From Octopus vulgaris (taxonomy: Eukaryota): a DNA stretch of 64,000 nucleotides. The translations under genes and the position numbers were made by a program. The stretch is taken from NCBI GenBank assembly GCA_951406725.2, contig OX597818.1:85622001-85686000 (forward strand), read 5' to 3'. The notes under the pieces were generated by a model, which worked only from the letters and a program-made list of their open reading frames with translations, had not been told where the DNA came from and did no database searches. The stretch's first letter is position 1, and each line of letters starts with the position of its first letter. This document shows positions 39,837 through 53,589 of this stretch, in pieces.

Positions 39837-40941
39837 AATATTAAAAGTAAAAAATTAAAGACAGTTAAGTTGTAAACACACATTAACTAAAACCATGATG
39901 AGCTATTATACATGGTGACTGAAAAATTAAGTAAAATATAAAGATTATATAAATGTATTGTCTAATACATATACATAACAAAGTATGGGAAATGCAAATA
40001 ATAATGCAATATAACACCATCACAATCTTTTTTTTTTCTTTATTTGCCTCAAGGGCTAGAAAGTCAGACATTGCAATAAATAGTTTTTAATATAGATTAA
40101 CACACAACATATAGAAGAAGCATTTTGGAGTTATGTGCATGTGTGAGTTTTTGTTTATTTAGCACTGCTAAATACATGCAGATATTTATATATATACACA
40201 CATATATACATACGTACATATATATATATATGTGTGTGTGTATACACAGACACACACACACACACATACATACGGACAATATCATTTATGAGTTAAAAAT
40301 AGTAATGTGAAACAATAACAATCTGATAAAATAATAAGAATAATAAGAATAATGTTTATAATAATAATAATTTCTTTCATAATAATAATAATCACTGGAG
40401 TGACTATGTTGATGATGGTGCTGATAGCAATTATGAAAGGAGTGATGAGTGAAAAATAGTTCCATGGGGGAATTAACCATTTTTACAGCCTGCAGAAGTG
40501 TTTTAATTACTTTGCAAACTTTTATTTAATTTTCTCCATCTCTTTGTTTGTCTGTGTGTCTGCTTGCCTGCCTGCCTATCAGACGCCTGTCTCCATTGTG
40601 TGTGTGTGAGAGAGAGAAAAAGAGAGAGAATATGTGTATACAGCTACATGAATGGAGTATGTGTGTGTTTGCGTGCATGCCACATGATAGCTAAAGGAAA
40701 TACCTCGGTGGAAACATTCTGTTTACTGAATCTAAATACAATTTTTTATGTGTGTGTGTATGTGTTTATGGTAAAATTCATGTGTGCACATGCATACATA
40801 CACACACAGCTACTTACACTATCTATATGTAAAATGCATATATTATGTGTGTGTATGCATGTATAAAATTCACACAATTTTAGATGAGCATGTGTGTATA
40901 AAATGCACTCATAACTTTATATATATATACAGAAACACACA

Positions 40942-40977
<36 letters not shown>

Positions 40978-41704
40978 AATGTATACATAAAATCCACACT
41001 CAAAGTGTGTATGAATATGTGTGCATGTGTATAGACAAATTATATATACACACAGAATTTGTGTATGCATGAATGTGCTTGTTTCTGTCTTGTGTTGTCT
41101 TGGCATTGTTTGCATAAATTAGTTTTAAACAACAACACCATCTATGCAACAGTGTCTTATTATCTGTTACATGTCCAGTTTGGCTTGTTTGGAAGGCTTA
41201 GAGAAATAGTGCTATTCTTGGAAACTGGAAAGTGTTGATGATGGGAAGTGTATCCAGCCTTAGTAAACCTACCTCATTAAATTTCATCTGAGCCATAACA
41301 TTATGAAAAATTGGATGCAAAGACAGAGATTTTATATATGTGTGTATGTGTGTTTATTTATATATATATATAGAGAGAGAGAGAGAGTGAGATAATATAT
41401 TATTCCCATCTTTAATGAAATGTTTCACCTCATAAAATGTTTAATTAACAGGTTACATCATGCTTATGATTTCTAAAAAGGATGAAATAGTATTTTACAT
41501 GTTTATTGATGACTAGAAAATTTAAGAAATTCTTATTAAGTAAACAAAAAAAAATTTGTAAATTCTATGCCTCTCCCTAATTTCAGTTTCAAATATCAAA
41601 TCCAGCTTCATAGGATGATGGAATGATTATCTCCTGTTTAATAGCTGCAGTTGAGAGGGGAGGATCACGTGTGTGTGTGTGTGTGTGTGTGTGCATGCAT
41701 GTGC

Positions 41705-42075
41705 ATGTCTTTTATCTTGTTTCAGTCATTAGTCTGCTACCACAGTGGGGCATCACCTTAAAGGATTTAGTCAAACAAATTAAGTCTAGTACTTTTTTAT
41801 TCCAAGAAGGGTACTTATTCTATCAGCTTCTTTTTGCTAAGCTATGAACTTATGGAGAAATAAACAAACCAGCATGGGTTGCCAAGTGGTGATGGAGTTC
41901 AAGCACACATAGACACACACCCCACATACAAGCACATGCACACACTCACACAAAAGGCTTCTTTCAGCTTCCATCTACCAAATCCACTCAACCTGGGGTA
42001 TAGTATAAAAGATGCTTTCCTAAGGTGCCTTGCAGTAGGACTGAACCCAAGACCACATTGTTGGGCAGCAAGTGT
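41705..42075 (-). mobile_element. SINE family A
   Basis: Reverse-complement match. Confidence 0.8.
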
Positions 42076-42609
42076 CTTACATGTCTGTGTGCGTTCTATC
42101 GAAGACATGGCTCTAAGTTTACTCTTATTTTATGAAAGATTTTCATATTTCCTCATTAGTCTCTTATTAGGACTTCAGAATTTTTTCTAGTTTATCTTTT
42201 GAATCTGTTGCTGCATTTTGCAGTGTCAGCAAAGGATCTTAAAATGATGTTATGATAAAACCATTAATTGTTTAATGATTAATTCCACCTTACTTTTCTA
42301 GTTTATTTCACTGGTGCTATATATATATATGATCACTTTAAGGTTATCACTAACCACAAAGAAGCTTTAAATAAGGAAATTATAAGAGTTAAACATCAGT
42401 TAAAAATTAGTAGTGAAATATGTCAATAAACCAAACTGCTGAATAATACATGTACAACATTGATTTTCCAGAACTTTTGGTCCAAAGCCTTTCTGAATCA
42501 TTAATTATTTTCCAATCCAGGGGTCAGTAAATTCACAATTAAACAAATATTAAATTTACCTAAATAATGAAATGAAATACAGGCACCTGTACATTATAAA
42601 TGATACAAG

Positions 42610-43045
42610 TTTTACATTCTGAATTCAAATTCTGCTCAGATCAATTTTGCCTTTCACCTTCTCAGGGTCCATAAAGTAAGTACCAATTGAACACTGAGGT
42701 GGTTGTAATCAATTTAACCCCTCCCTCAAAGTTGCTGTCCTTGTGGCAAAATTATTATTATTATTATTATTATTATTAAGGCAGTGAGCTTGCAAAATCA
42801 TTAGTGCAACAGACAAAATGCTTAGTGACATTTCTTCTGGTGCCTTACATTCTGAGCTCAAGTTCTGCTGAGGTTAACTTTGCCTTACATCCTTTCAGGG
42901 TCAATAAAATAAGTACCTATTGAGTACTGGGGTCAATGTAATTAACTAGCCCCTTCCCTCAAAATTTCAGTAGAAACTAGAAAGCATTATTAGGATTATT
43001 ATTATTATTGTTATTATCATTATTATTATTATTATTATTATTATT
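42610..43045 (+). mobile_element. Two tandem SINE family B copies
   Basis: Family B motifs with (ATT)n tails. Confidence 0.8.
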
Positions 43046-43559
43046 AAAAATAATTAGTGTTATTAAAATCTGTATCCTCTCCGTCTTTCTTATTTTTGTA
43101 GAAATCAGGAGGTAGTAGAGATAGTGGTAGAGGAAGTGGTGGCTGTTGTTGCTGTGGTGGTGGTTGTAATGTTTTGGGGGTGGATAAGTCCCTCATTCTT
43201 ATCTCAGTTTAATTTTGTTATTTTTCTTTCCATTGAAATCTGTAATTCTATTTATTTTTCTGCTTTGATTCTTTATTACATATTTATTATTATCTGCCAC
43301 CTTTCTTTCTTATCTGTTCTGTCTTGGGATTTTAATAACATTAATTTTTCAAAGAATTTTTTTTAAAACAAAATCTTTTTTCTTTTTTCCATTTTTTTCT
43401 TGTTTTTCAAATGTTTGTTCTCTTTATTTTTTATTTATTTATTTGTTTATTTTGAAATTCTGGATTTATCACTATGGTTGTTGTTTTAAAAAAAGTAATT
43501 ACTTTTAGTTGGTGAAAGTGAGGGTGAACATTTAGTTTGTTTGAAATTACATACATGTA

Positions 43560-43700
43560 TACCGTATTTTCCAGCATACAAGTTTATGCTATATATAATG
43601 TAAGCACGTAGTGTAAACATTCAAACCGTGTCACTATCTTTCTAAATCCTCCAGTGTTTCACATGGAATTGTTGGTCTCCCAAAGTCATCTTGATGAATA
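43560..43700 (+). mobile_element. 5' part of the same Tc2/pogo-like MITE
   Basis: Begins TA-CCGTATTTTCC (CCGTA terminus typical of Tc2-like elements); shares gtgtaaacatt...tttcacatggaatt...caaagtc with 52025-52225. Confidence 0.6.
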
Positions 43701-43799
43701 AGTTAACATGCATGTAGATATAATACTTATAGAAAAAACAGAAATATACATCAATCCTTGTTTATCACTGATTCATTCATTACTGCTTTGAGATAATAC

Positions 43800-44340
43800 A
43801 GTATATGCAATTGACTAACTACCCTTCTGCAAAAATGTTCAGTCCTTGAACCTATAATAAAGAGGATTATTATTATTAGTAAGGTAGCAAGCTAACAGAA
43901 TTGTTAGCACATTGGGCAAAATGCTTAGTGGTATTTCATCCATCTTTTCATCCTGAAGTTCAAATTCTGCCAAGGTCTACTTTGCCTTTCATTCTTTCAA
44001 GGTTAATAAAATAAGTACCAGTTGAGCATTGGGGTTGATGTAATCGACTTAGCCTCTCCCCTGAAATTGCTGACTTTGTGCCAAAATTTGAAACCTTTAT
44101 TATTGTTACTAGTAAGGCAAGCGAACTGGCAGAATCGTTAGCATGCCAGGTGAAATGCTTAGTAGTATTTCATCTGTTGCTACGTTCTGCGTTCAAATTC
44201 TGCCAAGGTCGACTTTGTCGTTCATTCTTTCGGGGTTGATAAATTAAGTACCAGTGAAACCACTAGGGTCGATGCGATCAACTAGTCTCCTCCCCTAAAA
44301 TTTCAGGCCTTGTGCCTATAGCAGAGAGGATTATTGTTGT
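43800..44340 (+). mobile_element. SINE family B tail fragment plus two full tandem copies
   Basis: Family B motifs; the 44115-44335 copy retains many CpGs. Confidence 0.8.
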
Positions 44341-45825
44341 TACTAGTAGCAGCAGCAGTAGTAACAACAGTAGCAGTAATAATGCAAACAATAATGTTTT
44401 CCATATTGCTTGAAGAAAATCAGAGTTCTTTGTTATTCTATGTCTGTTTGTGTGTCTGCAGAAACATGTTGATATAAAATAGTAAAGGGTGTAGTGGCAG
44501 TAGTGGTGGTGATGGTTGTTCAGGCAGTAGTAGTTGTAGTGGTAGTAGTGATGGTGTTTTAAATTACAACTAGTGGAGGAAAGGAAAGAAATGAGGTAGT
44601 AATGATAGACAGATTAAGTAATCAATTAATAACAGAATTAGTTTGGTTTTTAGTTTGTGAATTAATTGTGAAATAGTTTAATATTTTCCTAATTACCTTT
44701 TGTTGATTAGGTTCATCATTGTTGTCATCATCATCGTCATTGTCTTCATCATCATAGTCCTGTCCATCAATGTTATCAATCATCATTTTCATCATTGTTA
44801 CTATCCAGATGATGATGATGATCTGCATCACCACCACCACCATCATCATCACTATCATAAGCATCATCATTAATACCACCAGTACCGTCGTCACCACCAT
44901 TGTATTACACTCTTTCACATAATTTTTCTTTATTGAGCTTATTAGCAAAGAATTACTTCAGACCAAAATATCTTACAGCTTTTAACACCTTACAATGTTA
45001 TAGTTGTTTTGTTGCTTTTTTTTCCCTATATTTTAAGTTTAAATCCTATTTTTTCTTTTGTTTTGCTATTAACATAAACAGACCAGCCATTCACAGGCAC
45101 AGATGTACCTACAAAGCACATCACACACATCATATCATATGCAGAGAAACTCACATGCATTACATCATTGACAGACAAATGCTCGCACACATCGATCACA
45201 TATCACATTAGAAACAGACTTGTACATACACAAACATCACCCAATATACTACACAAACATGCTCACACATCATAGATACAGGCACACATGCATAACACAC
45301 ACACACATGTACATATTATCTGTATGCATGTGTGTGTGTGTGTTAATCAATGTATATAGTATTATAGATCCAATTCAGGTGATCTTCTGAATCAGCTTTA
45401 GATAACAACATGGTTGACTAATACCATATGCTCTACAGAGATGGCAGCTATGGAAAAAAAAAAAGGGGCGGAAAAATCTCTTAGTTAACTGTGCAAAACC
45501 AATTGGTAAAATAAGCTGAAGTGGATCTATATATAATATATTTCTTAAAAATCATGGTAGAGGCCTTGGTCTCAGGACCACTCATGTCTAGAAACTGAAG
45601 TTGGGGGTAAGCAAGGGCATGCATCCCATAGAAAATCCAGCTATGAAAAAGCCTTATGATAATAGCAAAGGAAAATGACAAATATGAGATTTTAATAACT
45701 GGTTGCTTGATGACCAAATATATATATATATATATATATAAATAAAGCATATTACTCTACCACTGGTATTTGAGTACTCTTTTTTCCACCTTGTTTCACA
45801 TTTATGTGTTTACTCCGGTATATAT

Positions 45826-45875
<50 letters not shown>

Positions 45876-46417
45876 ACATATATATATATATAACATACAT
45901 ACATAGATGTGTGTGTGTGTGTCAGATTTCTTACTCAGTTCTGTTAGTCATATTTGTTTCAAGTTGACAAACGTCTTTTTTCCTCGTTATTTCATAGACT
46001 CCTAGACTACATTTACACATACATATACATACACACACACACACACACAGACACACGCATACATTTTTCCATGCACCCATTCATATACAGCCATCCTTAT
46101 AGGAACATTCACATACAGAAAAAAGGGTAAGCTTTATTTTTTTTTTTTTCCCCCTTTATTTTTTTCAACGGTCCTTTTTTTACTTTCTCTGCTATTTCTT
46201 GCACTGATATAATGTTGTTTATCTTATTTTTCAATTTTTGAGGCTATGATTTATTGTTTTCCTCATTTCCATTCTACACAGACACATTATGTATGAATGT
46301 TTATTTATCAGATAACTCTGTACATGGTTTTTAAGACTTTATCCCTATACAACAGCTTCATCTATTTGTCCACATCTCTCTCCCTATCTATCTATCTATC
46401 CATCTCTCTTTCTTACT

Positions 46418-46463
<46 letters not shown>

Positions 46464-46495
46464 ATCTATCTACCTTTCTATCTGTGTCTATCTGT

Positions 46496-46530
<35 letters not shown>

Positions 46531-46559
46531 GCCATCCCCCCTCATTCTTTCTCTCTCTT

Positions 46560-46595
<36 letters not shown>

Positions 46596-47342
46596 ACTTA
46601 CTCTCATGTCTCTCTTTAAAATCCCAACAAAGAGCTTAAAAGGTGCGCTGAAATCTGTTTTTTAATAACACATTACTTTTTTTGTGTGTATATATATTTT
46701 AGTGTGAGTGTGTATGTATTGTGCTTATATGTTTCATGTGTATATTTTGTATGTTTATGTTTTGCCTGTGTACATTTTGGGTGCATATCTTTTATGTATA
46801 TACTTTAGTGTGTATATGTTTTGATTTACATTTCAACAGTTTTCTCCATAACAGATAAGCCATATCCAAAACACTCGCTCAAGATTTGCAGTACATTGCA
46901 TACATCGTCACCAATGTATAAGCACTTGAACACATGCTCAAACATACACACTTGCACATACATGCACACATGCATACACACACATCAATGCCAACACCTA
47001 TACCCATCAGTCTTATCGCCCACATGTCTCTCTTATTCACACTTTCACAGAGTCATGTGCAAGCCCACATGCATGTACATGTGTTTATTTATATATTCTT
47101 ACAACAGTTATACACAGACATGTATTTATGCACACATACACAACATTTATTTACATATACACCTATGTATATGTGTGTATATATACATATATGTATGTGC
47201 ATATGCATGTGTCTGTGTGTGCATATGTATGTATCTATGTATATATGATTGCAACCATTAATGTGATCATTCTTCATGCTGGCCCTTAACCACGTACATC
47301 TTCTTGCAAACTCCCAAACTTCCAATGCAGACATACGTGCAT

Positions 47343-47374
<32 letters not shown>

Positions 47375-47820
47375 ATTGAAAGCTACACATGAATACATCC
47401 TTGTCCCCAACACAATCAATTACACATATTCCATATTCCTTCAAGATACCTACCTGCAGACTATAATCTTTACCCATTGTCCCTACTCTTCCTCACTCAC
47501 CTGAGTCTCTGTTACCATTCCTCAGATAGGAAATAATCTTTCCCATCTTGTACTGTTGTTGATTCTGTTTTCTGATAAGCTAAACCTTCCACCACTGCTG
47601 CCACCATCACTGCTAATCTTCCATTGCACTTGGACTGTTTTTGTCTTTCAGGCTTCTTTTATTCTATCTTAGGATTTCATCTTGAGAAGTTGTTGTATGG
47701 GTGTTGTTTTGCTGTCTTGCAGCACTAGAGCTGGGTTACACGAATGTGTGTATGTAACCAGTTTCCGTGTGTTCATATACACACAGCACACACACACACT
47801 CTCTCCCCCCTCTCTCTCTC

Positions 47821-47853
<33 letters not shown>

Positions 47854-48389
47854 TGTATACTCGTGAACATATATATATATACTCACAAATGCACACACTG
47901 ACATACACACATACTGACACACATACATACATATATGCACACAGACACACAAACACAGACACAAAGTCCCATATGAGGGTGCATGGTTTCATGCTTAAGA
48001 TATTCATTTCTGGATCATGGGATTCCAGGTTTAATTTAACCAAGTAGCCCCTTAACTTAGGCTAAGGAAGTGTCTTTTAGTATATCATTAGCAGTGTCAC
48101 TTAAACCTTGTAAATGGAAAGGAGGAAGCAAAAAGTATTTATATGACTATCAAGCAGCTTGAACCTGTAATTTCAAGCCCAGTGCTATTATGCAATGTTT
48201 TGCCCTTTCCACTTGAAAAATTATGTTATAGACATCAATCTTCCTTTGCATAACAGTCACATACTCTAAATATATTCACCAAGTACATAACTCTATTGAT
48301 TACATAACTAGAACTCTCATCCATTGGCATCAATACAAAATCTATTTCTATTCATGTACAGAAGAAACAGTAAAATAATTCAATCCCAA

Positions 48390-48570
48390 TACATTACATT
48401 ACATTACTTGTGTTCTTCATTCCCTGTGGAGCATGGGCCATCAATAACGTTTGTCCCCTGTTCTCAACTCTAGGTTGTCTTTTCTGCTTCTTTTCAGTTG
48501 GATCCCTACTTTGTTTTTTTTCTTTTTGTTTCTTTTAGAATTTTGTTGTCATGTTTCTCTAAGGGAAGGT
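48390..48570 (-). mobile_element. RTE-clade LINE 3' end remnant
   Basis: Minus strand ends ...NVIDGPCSTGNEEHK* followed by a (GTAAT)n tail, resembling RTE C-termini ('..GLCS.G.EE.*'); upstream frame broken. Confidence 0.55.
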
Positions 48571-48639
48571 ATTCACATCTCCTTGCATCCTTCTTCAGCT
48601 GAGTGATCCTAATCTTGTGGACTTATAAGTGTTGGTATC

Positions 48640-48830
48640 ATGTAAAAAATACCCATGCCTGTGCCACATAAAAGCCCCCAGTACACTCTGTAAAGTGGTT
48701 GGTATTAGGAAGGGCATCCAGTCATAGAAACCATGCCAAGACATGCAGCCTGGGCTGCTCTTCAGCTGGCCAGCTTCTACCAAACTATCCAACCCATGCC
48801 AGCATGGAAAATGGACATTAAATGATGATG
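48640..48830 (+). mobile_element. SINE family C
   Basis: ggttggtattaggaagggcatccagtcatagaaacc...catggaaaatggacattaaatgatgatg; related copies at ~2615-2830, 3075-3260, 21850-22050, 23950-24135, 28120-28320, 30560-30770, 54440-54580, 61000-61215. Confidence 0.8.
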
Positions 48831-49483
48831 TTTCTGTAATTATACTTTTTTGCTTAGATGGGGCTATTGGCCCCTATACAAACCAATTTTTTCCTCCTAG
48901 GCAGAGGCGGCTTGCCTTCCACAAGAATAGCTTCTAGGTTCATGAGGTACACAAGCCACCATACTGCTACAAGGTGTGGACCTTGTGATGGAACCCCAGT
49001 ACATGACTGGTACTTATTTTGTTATCCCCATCTCTAGTAGCAAGTAGTATAACCAACAGAAATGATGTTAATGAAATTAAATTCAGAGCATAAGGGAATG
49101 TACCAAAATACTACAAAGCATTTTGTCCCACTTTCTGCCATTCCTCTACTTCATTTAACAATTTCTAGCATTGACCCATATTTTGTATGTAACGGTAGTC
49201 CAGTTTTGATTGCTACTTATTTTCTCAATCAACCCTTACAAAAAATTTTCTCTACTGTTCAACTGATTCTATTTCCTACTGCTCTAGTGAATGTTTATAT
49301 GTTCACATGTAGTGATGGTAGTTTACTATAAGCTTTTACGTGTGGTAGTTATATCACCATCATCAAAATTATCATTTTACATCTGCTTTCCATGCTGGCA
49401 TGGGTTGGATGGGTCCTCATAGTCCAAGTCCTGTTTTGTATTAGGATCTGTGCTTTCATACACTTAATGCAAACAGGCATCAT

Positions 49484-49703
49484 CCCTTTAGCATTCAGAT
49501 TATCCTATCAAATGTAATGCTTATTTACCCATGTTGTTTTGAATTAATCCTACGTTATCTTGTAGCTTTTAAATTTTAAAGATGTGATTGTTTATATTTA
49601 GAATAACATTGTAGAATAGGTGTGAGAAGCAAGATCTGATCAGTTTGAACATATAACAAGTATAATATTTGAGCTAGATATGGCTGGTTTAAATACTAAA
49701 GGG
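49484..49703 (+). mobile_element. piggyBac-like (TTAA) MITE, family P1
   Basis: TIR ccctttagcatt / aatactaaaggg followed by TTAA; further copies at ~56001-56185 (+, preceded by TTAA) and ~63470-63655 (-). Confidence 0.7.
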
Positions 49704-50839
49704 TTAAAATAAGTGTGTTGATGATGATGATCTTCCTTTGCATTCTTTATTCCTATTTACCATCTGATTCTATAATTTCCCTGACAATCCATTTTCCCTT
49801 CTTTCTTTTCTCACCTACACACAATCTCGGTTTTGTTTGCTCCTTCTTTCCCATCCACCTCACCCTAAGTGAATAAAATTGTAATCAAAGTACACGTTTA
49901 ATCATTTTATAATGATGTCCAGATGTGTGTTTGCAACTTGTATTAATTTATATGTTTACACACACAAGCACACATACATACAGCTATATGCTCATCACAA
50001 ACATGTTTAAATATATGTCTGTGTCTACGTCTTGTGTATTTGCATATAGAAAGTTGTCTATCTGTATGTAATCTGTGGCAATGTATATGTTTATACATTT
50101 TTCCGTTCATTTACTATTACCTCCCTTCCTGTTTCATTCATATACTCCTGACTCCCCCACCATACGTATACATACATGTATATACACACTTTCACACATA
50201 CGCATACTGGTAATTCAAAGAAATAATTTTTTATATTTATTTTGTATCTGATTCTTCTTTTACATTTTACATGTTTCAATCATTAAACTGCAGCCATGTT
50301 GTGGAACAGCCATGAAAGGTTTAATCAATTAAATCTGCACCAGTACTTATTAAGTCTGGTACTTATTCTACCAGTCTCTTGCCAAACGGATATGTTATAG
50401 GGATGTTGACAAACCAACACTGGCTGTCAAGTGGGGTGGGGAGACAAATACAAAGACACACCCACATTCATATCAACACATATGAAATGTTGTGGTTGTT
50501 CAGCCTCAGATCAATTCTGATTAACTAAATTTGATCAATAGTCTTTGAATTCTAACCATTCTCTGCTTCTGGAATTATGATTGCAATGCCTAATAATTCC
50601 TTACTTTTTGTTTAAGATAGTGAATTGAGATTTGAGGGAGATTTAACTGCTATTTCTAGCTGTTTAAGTAACCATATAGATGCTTCGCCATTGAACAATA
50701 TGTAAAACATACCTAGCATTAGCAACATTGAATTCTCTTCATGGCTGGCTCATGTGATAGTTTTATATTGTAGTTTTATGTCAGAGTAATGAGGTGAAAA
50801 TGATAGAATTCAGATGGTATTGAACTATCAACACAAATT

Positions 50840-51297
50840 CTTCTGATACCAAACTGTCTGAGACCACCTCTGGTTCTATGATACAAATTTCCTGTTTAAA
50901 GTCATCTCAATTAAAAGCCGTCTATCAAAATTTCATGTTGATTTACATTCCAAACACCATCTTAAACCTTTTGTTACTATGTTTCTGTTGAAATGTATTG
51001 CTTTGTTACAATTAATTTCGAAAATAATTAAGAATTTAGTAAACTAACTTTGTCTTTATTAAGCTGGTGTTTGGAACAAATTAACAGGAAATTTTGATGG
51101 AAGATTTTAATTTAGATCACTTAAAAACAGGGAATTTCAGGTGTGCTGGTATGAAAAGGGTTAATGACAAACTTATTTTCTAAATTCTTCATTAGTTTTC
51201 CAAATTAATTGAAACAATGGCAATCTATTTCAATAGAAATATGGTATCACAAAGGTTAAAGTGATCTAAATTAAAAACCTTCTTAATAATGACAAAG

Positions 51298-51335
<38 letters not shown>

Positions 51336-51430
51336 ATATATATATATATATATATATTATTAAATTCTTCATTATTTTTAAAATTAACTTAAACAAAGAC
51401 AGTATATTTCACTAGACATATGGTAAAATA
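50840..51430. mobile_element. TTAA-type AT-rich element family P2, with an inverted copy (50966-51160) nested in a forward copy
   Basis: Inner element accttttg...aaaaggg flanked by TTAA at 50962-50965 and 51161-51164; the host reads caaacaccatc-ttaa-tgacaaa across the insertion. Confidence 0.75.
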
Positions 51431-51649
51431 TAGCTAATGCATTCTGAAGCAGTTTAGTTAATTTTTAAAATCTCATACTATGCACGATTTTCTTCACTGT
51501 CAAAAAACTTTTTCCCTCTTGAAGCAGATCTATGATAAATATCTTTGCCTAAAGTCTCAGATTTTCTCATCTTATGATTAATGACCTTCATACTTTTTAT
51601 GAACTTTATTGAACTGATTTATTACCATATTCTTATGCTTACAAGTTAA

Positions 51650-51810
51650 TGTAGTATTTGGTGTGAACATTCAAATATCATCATTATATTTCCAAGTCCT
51701 ACTGCATTTCACTTGGAATTTTTGGTCCTATAAAGTCGTCTTGGTTTATAAATCAACCTACTTTTCTTTTTTTGTTGCTGTAAATTTTAGTCCAACATTT
51801 ACTTTGAATG
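51650..51810 (+). mobile_element. Internal fragment of the same Tc2/pogo-like MITE
   Basis: gtgtgaacattcaaa...tttcacttggaatttttggtcc...aaagtcgtct...gctgtaaatttt shared with the other two copies. Confidence 0.5.
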
Positions 51811-51911
51811 CTGAAAAATTTGGGATAACAGCAGTTATTACACTAATAACCATTCTAGAGGAACTAATGTGTGACTTGCTAAATATAGCTAGCAAATCAA
51901 CACTACCACTG

Positions 51912-51961
<50 letters not shown>

Positions 51962-52024
51962 ATATATATATAAAATGAGTAAGGACACATTGGATAGTAT
52001 AATTTTGGATACAGTGTCTGAAAA

Positions 52025-52225
52025 TATTGGATTTCCCAGCTTACAAGTCAACATAGTATACAGTGTAAACATTTAAACATTGTCACTAGTTTTCCAACTC
52101 TTGCTGTATTTCACATGGAATTTTTTTTATCCTCCAAAGTCGTCTCAGTGTGTGAGACAATCAGATTTCTTTGGCTGTAAATTTTGGTCTGAAAAGTTTT
52201 GACTTGTATACCAGGAAATACAATA
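52025..52225 (+). mobile_element. Tc2/pogo-like (Tc1-mariner superfamily) MITE, decayed full copy
   Basis: TIR remnants ...ttacaagtcaa / ttgacttgtataccaggaaatacaata, TA flanks; homologous to 43560-43700 and 51650-51810. Confidence 0.6.
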
Positions 52226-53132
52226 TGCAAATTTTCTTTTTATCGGTGTTGTGTAACCCAGGGTTAGCTTTGATTGAGTATTCCTCAGTCAAATCCGTAG
52301 CCATCCAGTCTTTTATTCAGAAATAGTGTGTCTAAGACCAGATTATCCGATCTGTTTTTTTTTTTCGTTAAGATTTAAGATTTGGTTGCTATTTTTAGCA
52401 AATTAAACAACTGCTTTGAGTTTTCTTTATTGGCTGTTTGAAGGTAGGAAAATAAAGTAAGATAAAGGCAGATGAAAAGATAAAAATAAGTACTTTTAGA
52501 GAAAGAGAAGCAAACATTCACAAATAATTGTATATTTAGGACATATAAAACGTATAGAAAATGAATATTCCTGCTCTCTTTTGTTTGTTTCTTATTCATT
52601 CATTCTTAGACATTTTTTATATCGTTATTTTGTTGGAGCTTAACAAAGACAAAATTTGGAACACACCACACACATACACACACACAAGTAACCCCAAAAA
52701 ATGTTAAATGCCATAATTCTTTTGATGCCTGTTTTCGAGTTGCATTTTTGTTTATATTCTTTCTGTGCCAATAACTTTCATATCATTATTATTATTATTA
52801 TCGTCATTATTATTATGACACACTTGGCCGGATTCTTTGATGCCATTCTTCTATCATGGACAATTTCTTCAAGTGATGAAGAAGAAGAAAAATGGAAAAT
52901 GTTAAGAACTCCTCTTTTTCCCTTCCCTGCTCCCTCACATTGTTTCTCATCTGTCCCTTTTCTCTGTTATTACCGTGGGAAAGTTTAAGGGAATCATTGA
53001 TGGACTCCTGGTTTCTTATGTCTCATGTCTGATAAGTACTACAAGCCAGCCATTCATTTCTTGTACTTATTTGTTCTCATAATAATGGCAGTGAGTGTTG
53101 TTATTATTGTTATTGTTGTGTCAGTATATATC

Positions 53133-53373
53133 TATTATTTCTGTATATAATTCAGTTAATCACCGCATAACCGAACACAATGATTTAAGTACATACATTA
53201 TTATTATTATTATTAGTAGTAGTAGTAGTAGTAGCAGCAGCAGCAGTAGTACTATTACTACTACTACTACTACTACTACTACTAATAATAATAATAATAA
53301 TAATAATTATAATGTATGTACTTAAATCATTGTGTTCGGTTATGTGGTGATAAACTGAATTACAGAAATAATA
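53133..53373. repeat. Long inverted repeat/fold-back (~240 nt)
   Basis: Unique 53-nt arms (53148-53200 vs 53310-53362) differ at 2 positions and are extended inward by (TTA)n(GTA)n pairing with (TAC)n(TAA)n. ORFs 53095..53325(+) and 53185..53376(-) encode nearly the same peptide. Confidence 0.95.
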
Positions 53374-53401
53374 CATATATTATTATTATTATTATTATTA
53401 T

Positions 53402-53446
<45 letters not shown>

Positions 53447-53589
53447 CAGCAGCAGCAGCAGCAGCAGCAATAGTAGTAATGCTAGGACTACAACTACTAC
53501 TACTACAATTATTATTATGAATATATTCTTTGTTTGATATAGTCTTCAGCCAAGCATGATTCTTAAGCCATAGAAAGTAGACAATTATA

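Noticed and set aside
45432-45450. CTCF-like agatggcagc
   Set aside because: The 5' half of the motif does not match.
47495-47640. Perfect minus-strand donor cag|gtgagt
   Set aside because: Upstream sequence is closed in all frames; no evidence for an antisense exon.
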